Of a DNA stretch of 64,000 nucleotides, positions 33,264 to 43,058 are shown in pieces. Every line of letters starts with the position of its first letter. The first letter of the stretch is position 1. Location of the stretch: positions 1,302,001 through 1,366,000 of the forward strand of contig OX337231.1 in the NCBI GenBank assembly GCA_946965045.2, given 5' to 3'. Position numbers and translations under genes: made by a program. This DNA is from Epithemia pelagica (lineage: Eukaryota > Protista > Bacillariophyta). Below the pieces are notes generated by a model that made no database searches, was not told the origin of the DNA, and saw only the letters and a list, made by a program, of their open reading frames with translations.

Positions 33264-36200
33264 CTACCACATGATACGTTGGGCCAGGAATCGCAATCGA
33301 GGTCCGGGTAGCAGTTTGGTTAGGATATCGGCAAGATTCGTTTCACCTTCTTCCCATGCAATGCGCACAAGTCCAGCAGCTTGCGCTTCACGAGTCCGAT
33401 GATAAGCAATTGCATTGTGCTTCTTCTTTAGGACTGATTCCGGCTGAGTCGAGTTCTTAAACACAGATTCATTGTCGCAAAACACATTCGTCTCTCCATC
33501 CAACGGGATACCCATCATTCGCAACTTATAACGAAATGCTTCAATCATTTCAATGGCAGATTTCATCGCCACGAACTCACTGCCAAATGTAGACGTCTCA
33601 ACAGTGTTTTGTCGTTTTGAATACCACATGATCGGTGCTCGTTGCAAGAACAGTAGGACTCCTGTTTGAGAGCGCCGTGTGACACGACATCCAGCATGAT
33701 CAGCATCGACAAAGCAAGTCGTGGTGACAGCGTTTCCACGCGGTGCTGGTGCGTTTGGCGGAATCGGCTCGGCAGCATCAGGATAATACTCAGACCAATC
33801 CGGCCGGGTAAAACGTGACTCGTCGAAGTCAGGGGTTGTGTCGTCGAACACAATGGCGGATTTATCGTATTTCTTCAGATACGCGAAGATGTGCAACGTT
33901 TGCTCGAGATGTCCTTCTCGTGGATTCGCCATAAAACGGGACATATGGGAGACTGCGGTTGTAATGTCGATACGACCGAGTTCAACAATCCAACGGAGAA
34001 TACCAATCAGTCCTTGGTAATAGTTCGCACGTCTTGCGTCGAGTTCAGGAGTCGCATCCAATTCCGGGCGATATCCATCGGCGATCGGCGTCGTCACTTT
34101 GGACTTCAGCTTTTCTCCGGATTTCTCCAATTCCGTTTCGACTTCGGCAAGAGCACGCTTACAATACTTGTCAGCGGACATGGCCCAACGATCACGGTTC
34201 GACGGATCTTGCGTGTCGGGTATGGTATAACGTCGTATTTCGGATCCCAAGTATTCGTCTGGTGGTTTGATACTGTCGGGCTTGATCGTATAGCGCCTCT
34301 GTAGGTCCTGCATCACGGTTTTGGGATCATGACTAACGATCAGCAGATCATCAATATAGACCAAAACATACTCGTAATACTGGAACCCATCAGATGGTCG
34401 AGTGTTCGCTCGAAGCCATACATCCGGATCAGCTTGACACATCTTAAATCCCATATCGCGGAGCGTTGCAGCGATGTGATCACGCCACCTTATCAGCAGA
34501 TCATCAATATAGACCAAAACATACTCGTAATACTGGAAGCCATCAGATGGTCGAGTGTTCGCTCGAAGCCATACATCCGGATCAGCTTGACACATCTTAA
34601 ATCCCATATCGCGGAGCGTTGCAGCGATGTGATCACGCCACCTTGCGGCAGAACTTTTGAGACCATATAATGCGCGCACTATCAGTGCAGGTTGTCCAAC
34701 CTTATCTGGTCCAAATTCGAGTCCCGCGGTGGTATAGGTCTTCTCTTTAGTCGGTGCGTTGAGATATGCGTTTTGCACGTCCCCGACGAGAACATCTAGA
34801 CCATTTAGTGCAGCGATAGTAAAAGCAATGCGTACGCTATCGCGTGATACCACACTAGAATAGGTCGATTCTTTAGGTGGATCAGTTTTGTGGCCTCCGG
34901 CCACTAACCGTGCTTTTCGTCGCAGGTCTGATTTGATGTCAAAAACCATATGACAGGGAATATGCTTGTATCCAGAAGGCACTTCGCCATCAGCTGGAAA
35001 TTCGAAAGCAATGCCAACGTTCTTCATTTCTTTCTCAATAGCCTTACGCCAGAAGTCAGTCCCCGTTCGACGGTCAATCGCCAGGGCTTCTTCCACAGAG
35101 TGGGGCAACTCAATGCCATACTTGTGCGTTCGCTTCCAATAACGTGACTTTACCTTTTTGATAATACGGTCTCGTTTGCGAAGTGCACGTGGCACCCACC
35201 ATGCGAAAGCAGGCTCTTTTGCGATGCCAGTGGATACTGCATATTCGGCGGCTTCAATCATATTTCCATTCTTGACGTCTTTGAGCGGCAGCCAAACAGT
35301 CGATTGATCGGACAGTTCACATTGTAATTCCCAGCCTTTCGTTGTGTGGTGTGATGTGCCGTCAAGGAACGATGCGTCTGTTCGTTTAACTGCGGTCTCA
35401 TCACTGCGGTGACCCACAATGGCTTTCAATGTGTTGAACGCATTGCCCTCCGGGTCAACTTGCGAATACAGATTCTCTGCAATCATATTGGTTGCATACG
35501 ACTCGACCGATCCATCCGGAAACTGTACATCGTAGTACCGGGTATCAAGGATTGGGTTTGCGTCGCGCTCACCGATAGGTCGCCCATGAGCATCTTTCGT
35601 GCGTCCAATGATTTTCGCTCGAGCGCTTTCACCTCCTCGCGGCAGCATGACTTCAGCGGTGAGGTATTCGTCTAGTTCCTCCGGCGTGTACGCGTCGGAT
35701 TCCAGGGCTTCGGCCTCTGGGAACAAGGGCTCTAGAAGTTCACCTTCGTCAAAGAGGTCTGGGGGTGGATCGCTCCCAGTTGTGCCATCAGATGGCGGCT
35801 CTTTCATTTGCGTTTGAATAGCGGCATCATAGTCCAACAACTGCTGATGAATCGTCGGATTCTTCAGGTCGTCTTCCGGAATGGCCCACACATCTTTCCG
35901 TGTGACATGATTGCCCTCTTGCGTTAGGATTTCATAGGCCATATCATCGGTGCAATCATCGGCTAATCCCAACCATCGGCCAATCAGTCTTTTTTCGAAG
36001 GGAAACTGTGCCATGGGCATGCGATAATACACCGGCTGATAGAATTGGAACATGGCTAATGGAGAGATGTCTGGCGTTGAGCCAATTACATGCTCGAACG
36101 GTGTACGTCCATCTAATTCAGGGATATCGGATGCCGTGAGTTGCCGTACGTGTGAGCACCATTTAAGAGCATAGCTCCATAAACGTCGTGGTGCGCCGGT

Positions 36201-37652
36201 CGTCCTCATAATTTTGACAACTCCCTTCTTTAGTTCACGAATGCTCGCTTCGGCGGCGTTCTGCCATGGACTATAAGGAACCGTTTTCTCCATCTTTATG
36301 CGGTACTCGTTGCATATTTCACGGGACTTCCCTAGGAACAATTCTCGGGCACCATCAGATACCATTGTTTGGGGAATCCCTACATTGTGAATCAAAGACA
36401 TCAATCCTTCAGGATGTTGCTTTTTCGACTTCCAGGGATAAACGTGGTCGAATCCTTTGCCGTCGGTAAAGATCGAGGCGCCCGTGTCCCCGTTCAGTGA
36501 TACTTCCTTGGCAAACATCTCATCCGAGAACCAACGGCCTTTCACATTGGGGAATTTGAGCCACGGTGCCTTTTTACGGACCTTACGCTCAGATGGGATT
36601 AATACGTTTCGTACTCCAGCCTGCGTCGTCACTTTAAGCGTATTCTTCGCTTTGGGTAAACCAATGCCCCAACGTTGTGACAGTACGGCTGCGTCAAGCA
36701 CTCCCTTTCCAGCAGGATCGGCTGGGGAAGACTCGTTAGCAGTCTTGATCATGTACAGCCGACGTTCTCGTTTGTCCTCCGGGACTACATCAGGCTCCTC
36801 CTTCTCTGGATGAACAGTGACCGTCGCTATCAAGCGTTCGTATAGGTCGTCGCCTTGTGCGTCGGCGTCCAGATCGGGTGATGGATTGGCAAAAGCATGC
36901 TGGTACGTTCGCACTGCTTTGATGAGTCGTGGAATGGAGGATGCGGCAATCGAATTCGGATCGCCATTGCGAACGACAGTAGCGGCAGCTACACCCAGTT
37001 TCTCCTCCGCGTCCGCAAAGGCGGTAGAACGAGGTTGCCATGGGCTATCGGCAGTTAGCACAACTTGTGGCAAGTGTTCCAGCTCGTCAGAAGTGGGTTT
37101 GCGAGTGGCGAAACCACTTATCACACCAGCCATGGTGAGCGGGATAGTGAGATCGGCATCCGGTACGTGGATACTATGCGTGCTGTGCGGGTCAAACTGT
37201 TTAGGTACGTCGTTGACAACGATGCCATGGGCACGCATCTGGTTCGGACAGAGTAACGAACTGCCCATACGGTCCCCTGAAAACAATGCTTGGTGGATGA
37301 CAAGCAAGTAAGACTGGTTTTCGCTGTCAGTCCAGACAGTAGCAACAGTCGCAATAGGGACATTGGTCAGCGGGTTATATTCTTCCGCGAACGGATGCAC
37401 ACTGATATAGCGGTGGGCTTCGGAGAGCATTACGAAGTCTCTTCCCACGGCACAGGTGTCCGCATGTGAGTCCAACTCACAGGTGAGCTCAATGGTCTCA
37501 ACACCATATTCGTCGGTGTTCATAGCACATAGACGATGTGCGAAACGTTTAGAATAACTATAATGGGTGCCTACGTGTGCATTCGATTGAACAATAAGAT
37601 TCGTTTTATCAGTTTTTACTGCTTCGGCAGCGGATGCACAGGGCACACTCCA
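33264..37652 (-). CDS. Copia pol (protease, integrase, reverse transcriptase, RNase H); RT carries a 51-aa internal duplication
   Basis: Protease ELDSHADT; integrase FSDE...SDGA...PWQNAAE; RT RRKARLVAGGH, GDVQNAYL, LYGLKSS and YIDD (twice); RNase H FVDADHAG, STFGSEF, CDNESV and ADILTK. Confidence 0.96.
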   Translation of the reverse strand, partial: WSVPCASAAEAVKTDKTNLIVQSNAHVGTHYSYSKRFAHRLCAMNTDEYGVETIELTCELDSHADTCAVGRDFVMLSEAHRYISVHPFAEEYNPLTNVPIATVATVWTDSENQSYLLVIHQALFSGDRMGSSLLCPNQMRAHGIVVNDVPKQFDPHSTHSIHVPDADLTIPLTMAGVISGFATRKPTSDELEHLPQVVLTADSPWQPRSTAFADAEEKLGVAAATVVRNGDPNSIAASSIPRLIKAVRTYQHAFANPSPDLDADAQGDDLYERLIATVTVHPEKEEPDVVPEDKRERRLYMIKTANESSPADPAGKGVLDAAVLSQRWGIGLPKAKNTLKVTTQAGVRNVLIPSERKVRKKAPWLKFPNVKGRWFSDEMFAKEVSLNGDTGASIFTDGKGFDHVYPWKSKKQHPEGLMSLIHNVGIPQTMVSDGARELFLGKSREICNEYRIKMEKTVPYSPWQNAAEASIRELKKGVVKIMRTTGAPRRLWSYALKWCSHVRQLTASDIPELDGRTPFEHVIGSTPDISPLAMFQFYQPVYYRMPMAQFPFEKRLIGRWLGLADDCTDDMAYEILTQEGNHVTRKDVWAIPEDDLKNPTIHQQLLDYDAAIQTQMKEPPSDGTTGSDPPPDLFDEGELLEPLFPEAEALESDAYTPEELDEYLTAEVMLPRGGESARAKIIGRTKDAHGRPIGERDANPILDTRYYDVQFPDGSVESYATNMIAENLYSQVDPEGNAFNTLKAIVGHRSDETAVKRTDASFLDGTSHHTTKGWELQCELSDQSTVWLPLKDVKNGNMIEAAEYAVSTGIAKEPAFAWWVPRALRKRDRIIKKVKSRYWKRTHKYGIELPHSVEEALAIDRRTGTDFWRKAIEKEMKNVGIAFEFPADGEVPSGYKHIPCHMVFDIKSDLRRKARLVAGGHKTDPPKESTYSSVVSRDSVRIAFTIAALNGLDVLVGDVQNAYLNAPTKEKTYTTAGLEFGPDKVGQPALIVRALYGLKSSAARWRDHIAATLRDMGFKMCQADPDVWLRANTRPSDGFQYYEYVLVYIDDLLIRWRDHIAATLRDMGFKMCQADPDVWLRANTRPSDGFQYYEYVLVYIDDLLIVSHDPKTVMQDLQRRYTIKPDSIKPPDEYLGSEIRRYTIPDTQDPSNRDRWAMSADKYCKRALAEVETELEKSGEKLKSKVTTPIADGYRPELDATPELDARRANYYQGLIGILRWIVELGRIDITTAVSHMSRFMANPREGHLEQTLHIFAYLKKYDKSAIVFDDTTPDFDESRFTRPDWSEYYPDAAEPIPPNAPAPRGNAVTTTCFVDADHAGCRVTRRSQTGVLLFLQRAPIMWYSKRQNTVETSTFGSEFVAMKSAIEMIEAFRYKLRMMGIPLDGETNVFCDNESVFKNSTQPESVLKKKHNAIAYHRTREAQAAGLVRIAWEEGETNLADILTKLLPGPRLRFLAQRIMW

Positions 37653-39728
37653 TCAGGAGGAATTAGACTTGTCGGCAGACTTGTCAGAGACATTCGGGTC
37701 ACGGACATCGAATTCAAGATCGGCGGAATAACGACCGCATACATTACGCCTTCGCTCTGCGGCAGCCAATTGTCCATTGGCAAGCATAGTGTATTTCAAA
37801 GCTTCGTCGAACACTTCCGTGTGCTCGGCTAAGCGTCTGCACACATGGTACATTTGGCGCTCTTCTCGTTCATAGCCTGACATTTTAGACCAGCGCCAAG
37901 ACCAAATTGGACTATTGTGTACAATAGTGTCGATCTCTTCGCGGAAGCTTCCTTTCAGCATACTTTGGTCATGCTTGGTAAGTGAGCGGACGTTGCGAGG
38001 CCCTTCAGCAAACTTGCCTTTGACCGGTAGCGGCAGCTTTACAAAGATGTCGCCGTGTTCCAGGACTGGTGGGATGGTCATATGACTCATATCAGGACGT
38101 CCGTCCTCTTCCCATTGCCACATCGGTGGATAGGTCTCGTATTCCCCCATGGGGCGAGTACGTACGGATTTGACGGACGCAGATCCGGGTTCGTTCGGTT
38201 GTGCTTTAGCCTTATGCGCGAAACGTCCAAAGCTGTTGCCAGCTGAGGACTTTATCGGTTGCGAATCATCTTCGGATGATTTTGCAGGTGAGGCAGAAGC
38301 GCGGAACTTAGAGTGCTTGTCTGGCGACGGTACGTTGTCAACAGAGGAGTCAAGCAAGTTCTCGTCCACTTCCATAATGACCGATACGTTGGTCTTAGCC
38401 TCAGGCTTAGCGTCGTCATCAATGTCTACTGAGATTGCGTCCTCAGCAGTACTCCCATGCGACGTTTTCGATCTCTTCGACGATGCGTTGGAAGAGTCGT
38501 CTGTGGTGACGGATCCAAGCTTACGCTTTTCTTTGCGCTCTTTGCGAAGAGCCTGGACTTGTTTGCGTTCGTCCTCCGTCAGGTCTGCCCATTCGTCGGC
38601 ATCGTAGTGACCAGCATGAACGCGGTCCTTCTTTTTCTTGCTCTTTTTCTGATTGCGCCCTTTGCCCTTTCCTTTGCTTGGAGTGGTACTAGCAGCGGCG
38701 ATCTTGCGAGAGTCGTCCTGCGTTTCGGTTTTGGCGGCACTGTGCACAGTCAAGAAGTATTGCTGGCACGCTTCAAAGTTCTCCAACTTCTCCTGGTCAC
38801 CGTTGACGACGGTCTTTGCTTGGACGAGCGTCGGATCGGTGATCCCATTCATGAAATCGGTCACTTTTTTCGTTTCCGCGACCGTTTCGCCAAGCTCTTC
38901 CAGGGTGTTGTGCGCATGTTGGTGACGGTGAATGTAGTCATGGAAGCGGTACTTCCCTCGTCCTGTAAACTTAGCATTTGCGATCTGCGCATAAGCCTGT
39001 TTCTTGCGCAGGATGCTCGCGGCCTGTCCAGTGGCTTGCCGCTTGACGGTTAGGTAGGCCTCACGGCCGTCCTTCGATTTCGCGTGCGTTTTAGCAAACG
39101 TCCATGCCGGACCATCGTAGATAAGAGGGTAGTACAGCTCATACACTCTGCGTCGGTCGGCTTTGTACTGGTCCCCCTCATGACGAGTGGTCGCGACTAG
39201 GTCGTCGTCAATGCAGTCGTAATCGGCGGTTAGTGCGTCGTCCGGTACGTCGGACTCCTCACGCAATACGTAGGTGAGCGGCACTCCCATTGTCGGATTG
39301 CGGTGCTGACCCAAGTACGTGCGCCACATTCCGTCGTGACGTTCCCAATCGGCAAGGTTCGTCAGCCTTTTGGGTGGTACTGGGTCATCCTGACCATCAG
39401 TGGTGGTGGCATTCGCGAGTTCCGTTACGCGTCTCATCCACTTGGTGATTACGTCACCAGTATAAGCACCAGCATCAAGGTCTTGACCACGGACAGAACG
39501 GTATTCCAACCACATTCGGAAGCCAAGGAACTTGAGGTTGAATTGGTAGGGTAGGGTGACACCGTCGGGTAGGTTCTTGGCTAGTGTCTTCAGCATGGGC
39601 TTGACTTCGTTGATGGGAAACTCCAGGAACTGATCCGTTGTCGTGAAGCCCTGTTGCGTTAGGTACCCAACGGTAGCATTGTCGTAGCCACAGCGGCCCA
39701 GTGCAGTACGGAAGGCATTGGCAGCCAT
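37653..39728 (-). CDS. Copia gag with an unusual C-terminal extension (691 aa)
   Basis: Gag-like GVPLTYVLR, DGREAY, KVTDFMNGI and Y..DEW..LTEDER motifs; ends at TGA 37655-37653, in frame with pol. Confidence 0.9.
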   Translation of the reverse strand: MAANAFRTALGRCGYDNATVGYLTQQGFTTTDQFLEFPINEVKPMLKTLAKNLPDGVTLPYQFNLKFLGFRMWLEYRSVRGQDLDAGAYTGDVITKWMRRVTELANATTTDGQDDPVPPKRLTNLADWERHDGMWRTYLGQHRNPTMGVPLTYVLREESDVPDDALTADYDCIDDDLVATTRHEGDQYKADRRRVYELYYPLIYDGPAWTFAKTHAKSKDGREAYLTVKRQATGQAASILRKKQAYAQIANAKFTGRGKYRFHDYIHRHQHAHNTLEELGETVAETKKVTDFMNGITDPTLVQAKTVVNGDQEKLENFEACQQYFLTVHSAAKTETQDDSRKIAAASTTPSKGKGKGRNQKKSKKKKDRVHAGHYDADEWADLTEDERKQVQALRKERKEKRKLGSVTTDDSSNASSKRSKTSHGSTAEDAISVDIDDDAKPEAKTNVSVIMEVDENLLDSSVDNVPSPDKHSKFRASASPAKSSEDDSQPIKSSAGNSFGRFAHKAKAQPNEPGSASVKSVRTRPMGEYETYPPMWQWEEDGRPDMSHMTIPPVLEHGDIFVKLPLPVKGKFAEGPRNVRSLTKHDQSMLKGSFREEIDTIVHNSPIWSWRWSKMSGYEREERQMYHVCRRLAEHTEVFDEALKYTMLANGQLAAAERRRNVCGRYSADLEFDVRDPNVSDKSADKSNSS

Positions 39729-40209
39729 GGTTCAAGGGTCGGATGAAGGGTAGGAGGGTAGTAGAAGGTCAAACGGATGGCAAGGGAAGGCTTGTTCTTG
39801 TTCAGAAATTTGCAATTGTGATGAGAGGAGCGAATTTCTGTGAGCCAACAATCTGCGAGTGAATCGGCGAGTAGTCGTCCGGCGATTCCGCGAGCGAGCG
39901 AGCTAGCGATCGGCGAATCCGCGAGTCGGCGAACCGGCGATTCCGCGAGCAAGCAGGCACGTGTCAAAAGCCAGCAGGCTTATATAGTTGAGTCGTACGG
40001 AGCGCGTGGATGGACGGTCCACGTGTACGAGCACGTGCACGGTACGTTGTGCAGTCGCAAGTCACAAATTAGCGAGTGGGTCCCACAGTGACAAAAACAA
40101 GTCACAGAGATGACGCAAGCGAGCGAGTGACGAAGCCGCTTAGCGCGAACAACTCCCGAGCGTTGATCAGGCGCTTGCCGTCCGGCGAACAGTGGGGAAA
40201 CAACAGACT

Positions 40210-40224
40210 GTGGGTCTGATAAAC
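40210..40224 (-). other. Putative primer-binding site complementary to a tRNA anticodon arm (Ile-GAU-like)
   Basis: Directly after the 5' LTR: GTTTATCAGACCCAC. Its complement G-UGGGU-CUGAUAA-AC has the form of an anticodon stem plus 7-nt loop with GAU. There is no TGG-type PBS. Confidence 0.55.
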
Positions 40225-40464
40225 TGAATAAAAACTGACGGCCAGACGCAATATACGGCTTGCAACAATCAAACTATCAGAAATTATGATGACTAAACTA
40301 GGGGTGCCTTTTGGGGGCAAATCGCTCACGTAGGGGCCAAATAGCGACCACGGTACCCACTAGCGAACACATAGCTAGGGGCCGGGCGATGCCAAACGGT
40401 GCGTAGCGAGGCATGGCGAGGCCCTTCGTAGGTTACAAAGGGGGCGCCCGTGATTATTTATTCA
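40225..40464 (-). repeat. 5' LTR of the copia element
   Basis: 239/240 identical to 32902-33141. Confidence 0.97.
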
Positions 40465-40488
40465 GTAGCGCTAAGGGCTAAGGTGCTA

Positions 40489-41010
40489 AGGGCTGGGTAA
40501 GCCGATCCATGTTCGGCTAAGTAGGTTCAGTACAAAAGCTACGTCGCGTACATAAAATCCCATAGTACACGTCATACCTGAAATGGAGGGAAGTCCGAAA
40601 AAATGCAAAAACACTCCACGATGACGGCGAGATCCGTTGATGCCGCATGCATTTACCGAAGATTTGTCGCGTTGGATCAAAAGGTATACTGGTGATGTAA
40701 TCCAAAAACCTTCCTAACTCATTCATTTCTCAACGGTGACTCGACCGAATTGAAAGCATAGTCACTCTAGTAGTAAATAATCTTATTGTTAAAGCGGTCG
40801 AGTCAAGCTCTATTATTGAGGAAGTTATGGCCATGGGGGTGATTTCTTCGACCATTGTCGAGTGATGGTTTCCGGATTGCATTGTTTCTCGTGGCAGCAA
40901 GTTTTCGATTTGTGACCATTCGCCCCACTTGTTACAGTGATCAAAATAGTACTACGTAGCTTAATGTACTGAGCCTACTTAGCCGAACATGGATCGGCTT
41001 ACCCAGCCCT
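40489..41010. mobile_element. MITE family A, copy 1 (522 bp)
   Basis: TIRs AGGGCTGGGTAAGCCGATCCATGTTCGGCTAAGTAGG... at both ends, TA on both flanks, no coding capacity; homologous to 54455-55058. Confidence 0.88.
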
Positions 41011-41423
41011 TAGCCAAATCGCGCATAGGGCAACGAGCATCTTGGATCTTCATCGAAACGATCTGAGATTTTGATGTGGATGGCACAACTTCGAACTGGA
41101 CGATGAGGCGTTCTAAGAGTGCCGAAATATGATGGTTCAAAATCCGAAATCCCTATATTTGTATGTAAAATCAATAAATTAAGTACCATTACAATGAAAA
41201 TGACAAACCTCAGCGTTAAGTATTTCTGGTTTCTCAAGCAGAAAATACAAAAATGCCCAGGATGCATCATTGCGCCATGCATGCAGGTATGAAGTGTCTT
41301 CTTGAGAGAAAAGCAAAAGTTGATCACTGATCTTTTTTTTCTGGTGGAAGAGAATACTATTGCGGCTGTCATTGCTTTCACAAAATGGCCGTCTTGTGAG
41401 CAAAACAAAGAGAGGACGAGACT

Positions 41424-42425
41424 ATGAGTCCAACGTTAAATTCGTCCAACGTTAAATTCGTCCAGTTCGCAGGATATACCTGACTTTGCCACGCTTTCAT
41501 GGCACGAGTTCCATGCCCAACAACAACAGGTGCAATTGGACCATGTGGTCCATATTCCTATTCAGATTCGATACATTCGCGTGGGACAACCGGTTAAGGG
41601 TACCGTCTTGCTGTTGCATGGTATTCCGACATGGGGATTTCTGTATCGACATCAAATTCGTCCGTTGGTCAATGCTGGCTTTGAAGTAATTGTACCAGAT
41701 TTACTGGGTCATGGATTTTCTGATCGTCGGGATTGCTTTGATCGGAGCTTTCAAACCCAAGCCACCATGGTCCGACAACTACTCCAAGCGCTGGATCGGT
41801 CTGCGGTCGACGTCGTCGGGCACGACACGGGAGGTGCCACAGCATTGATTTTGGCGATTGAAAGTCCCAGCGTTGTTCAGCGTCTTGTTCTGCCAAAACG
41901 AGCTGAATCGGCTTGAACAAAAACAACAGGAACAAGAAAGGAAGACGAGAAAGGAGAATCGGTACAAACTGCGTATGTTACGATCGATTTGACGACGATA
42001 TGTTGGATTTTGGCCATGGACTGCGATGGAAGTCGAGGTCCCTACATGACCTACGCGCTGCGTTGGATGAAAGCCTGCAAATGGGACTGAGCAACAAAAG
42101 CCAACTCACGGCGGAATTTTCCGATGGTATCATGGCCCCTTGGTTGACCGAGGAGGGCAAACTAAGTTTACTTCGGAATGCTGCCGCCCTGAACGCCAAT
42201 CAAACCATGGCGTTGGTAGATCGTCATGGAACCGTTCAAGCTCCCACCTTGATACTGTGGGGTACAGACGATCCATGGCAGCTCGTGGAGGATGGCAAAC
42301 GATTGGCCTCGGAAATTCCTGGAGCACAATTTCGTTCCTTCGAACATGCTTCACACTGGATCCAACAAGATATACCGGAAGACTTCACGTCCGCCCTCGT
42401 GGCCTTTTTGGATGAACGATCGTAA
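41424..42425 (+). pseudogene. Alpha/beta-fold hydrolase (epoxide hydrolase / haloalkane dehalogenase-like) with two frame disruptions
   Basis: Motifs LLLHGIPTW, PDLLGHGFSD, VVGHDTGG (Asp nucleophile), LILWGTDD and HASHWIQQD. A 16-bp tandem duplication (41429-41460) and a 71-bp insertion (41893-41963) break the frame; removing both gives 304 aa. Confidence 0.85.
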
Positions 42426-43058
42426 ATCGGCGTGTCTCGTCATTTCCAGATATTACGGGGTCTATTGCTGCATTGTGTTACTCCTCCCTACTCGTATATG
42501 CATCAGAGTTGTGAAGTACCAAATATCGAGTTTTTAGAGGACTTTAGTCCTTTCAAGTACACTAAAGAATTGATTAGTAAGTACTTTTGTACTTAAAATT
42601 ACTATAAGAATTCAATACACACCGGAATAATGACTAAAAAGTACACTCTACAATTTAGACTGAAATACTTTAGTAAGAAGAAGTACTCATCCCAACTATC
42701 AATCGGATCATTACTCCTTCCAAGGCATCTGCAGTAACCAGTAAGTACTTCATTTAGGTACTTAAGTACCTCCACCCAACCGGTATGTACTTTCATTAGG
42801 GACTTAAGTACTTCATCACTTTACAAGAGGTACTTTCGAAAGTACCCGTCAAATTACACATTCATAGGTAATTTACCTCTCCTTTCCTTATGTACTTTAG
42901 CACTTAATTCACGTAGTCAGCAGTCAAAACTACACGATATATAGTAATTCTCAGTAACACATACCACAGAGCACAAAGTCTTGCTGCTGTATCCTCGATC
43001 CTTGCACCTCTTCACCGCCTTTTGCACCTCTGACCTTTGATGTCTAATACCCAAACAA

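Larger units (their letters stand above)
32902..40464 (-). mobile_element. Ty1/copia LTR retrotransposon (CoDi-like), 7563 bp, recent insertion
   Basis: Two 240-bp LTRs (TGAATAAA...TTTATTCA) that differ at one position; GTAG on both flanks; gag followed by PR-IN-RT-RH order. Confidence 0.97.

Noticed and set aside
40487-41012. MITE family A as PIF/Harbinger (TWA TSD)
   Set aside because: The flanks are TAA and TTA, which are not a direct repeat; a TA duplication with AGGGC termini fits both copies.
41893-41963. The 71-bp insert as a spliceosomal intron
   Set aside because: No GT/GC...AG boundaries at any register that restores the frame.
42504-42960. AT-rich AAGTAC/GTACTT cluster (also ~49230-49600) as a CRISPR array or satellite
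   Set aside because: Irregular spacing and only 6-bp motifs; explained as hAT subterminal transposase-binding sites. No CRISPR, rRNA or tRNA gene was seen anywhere in the window.
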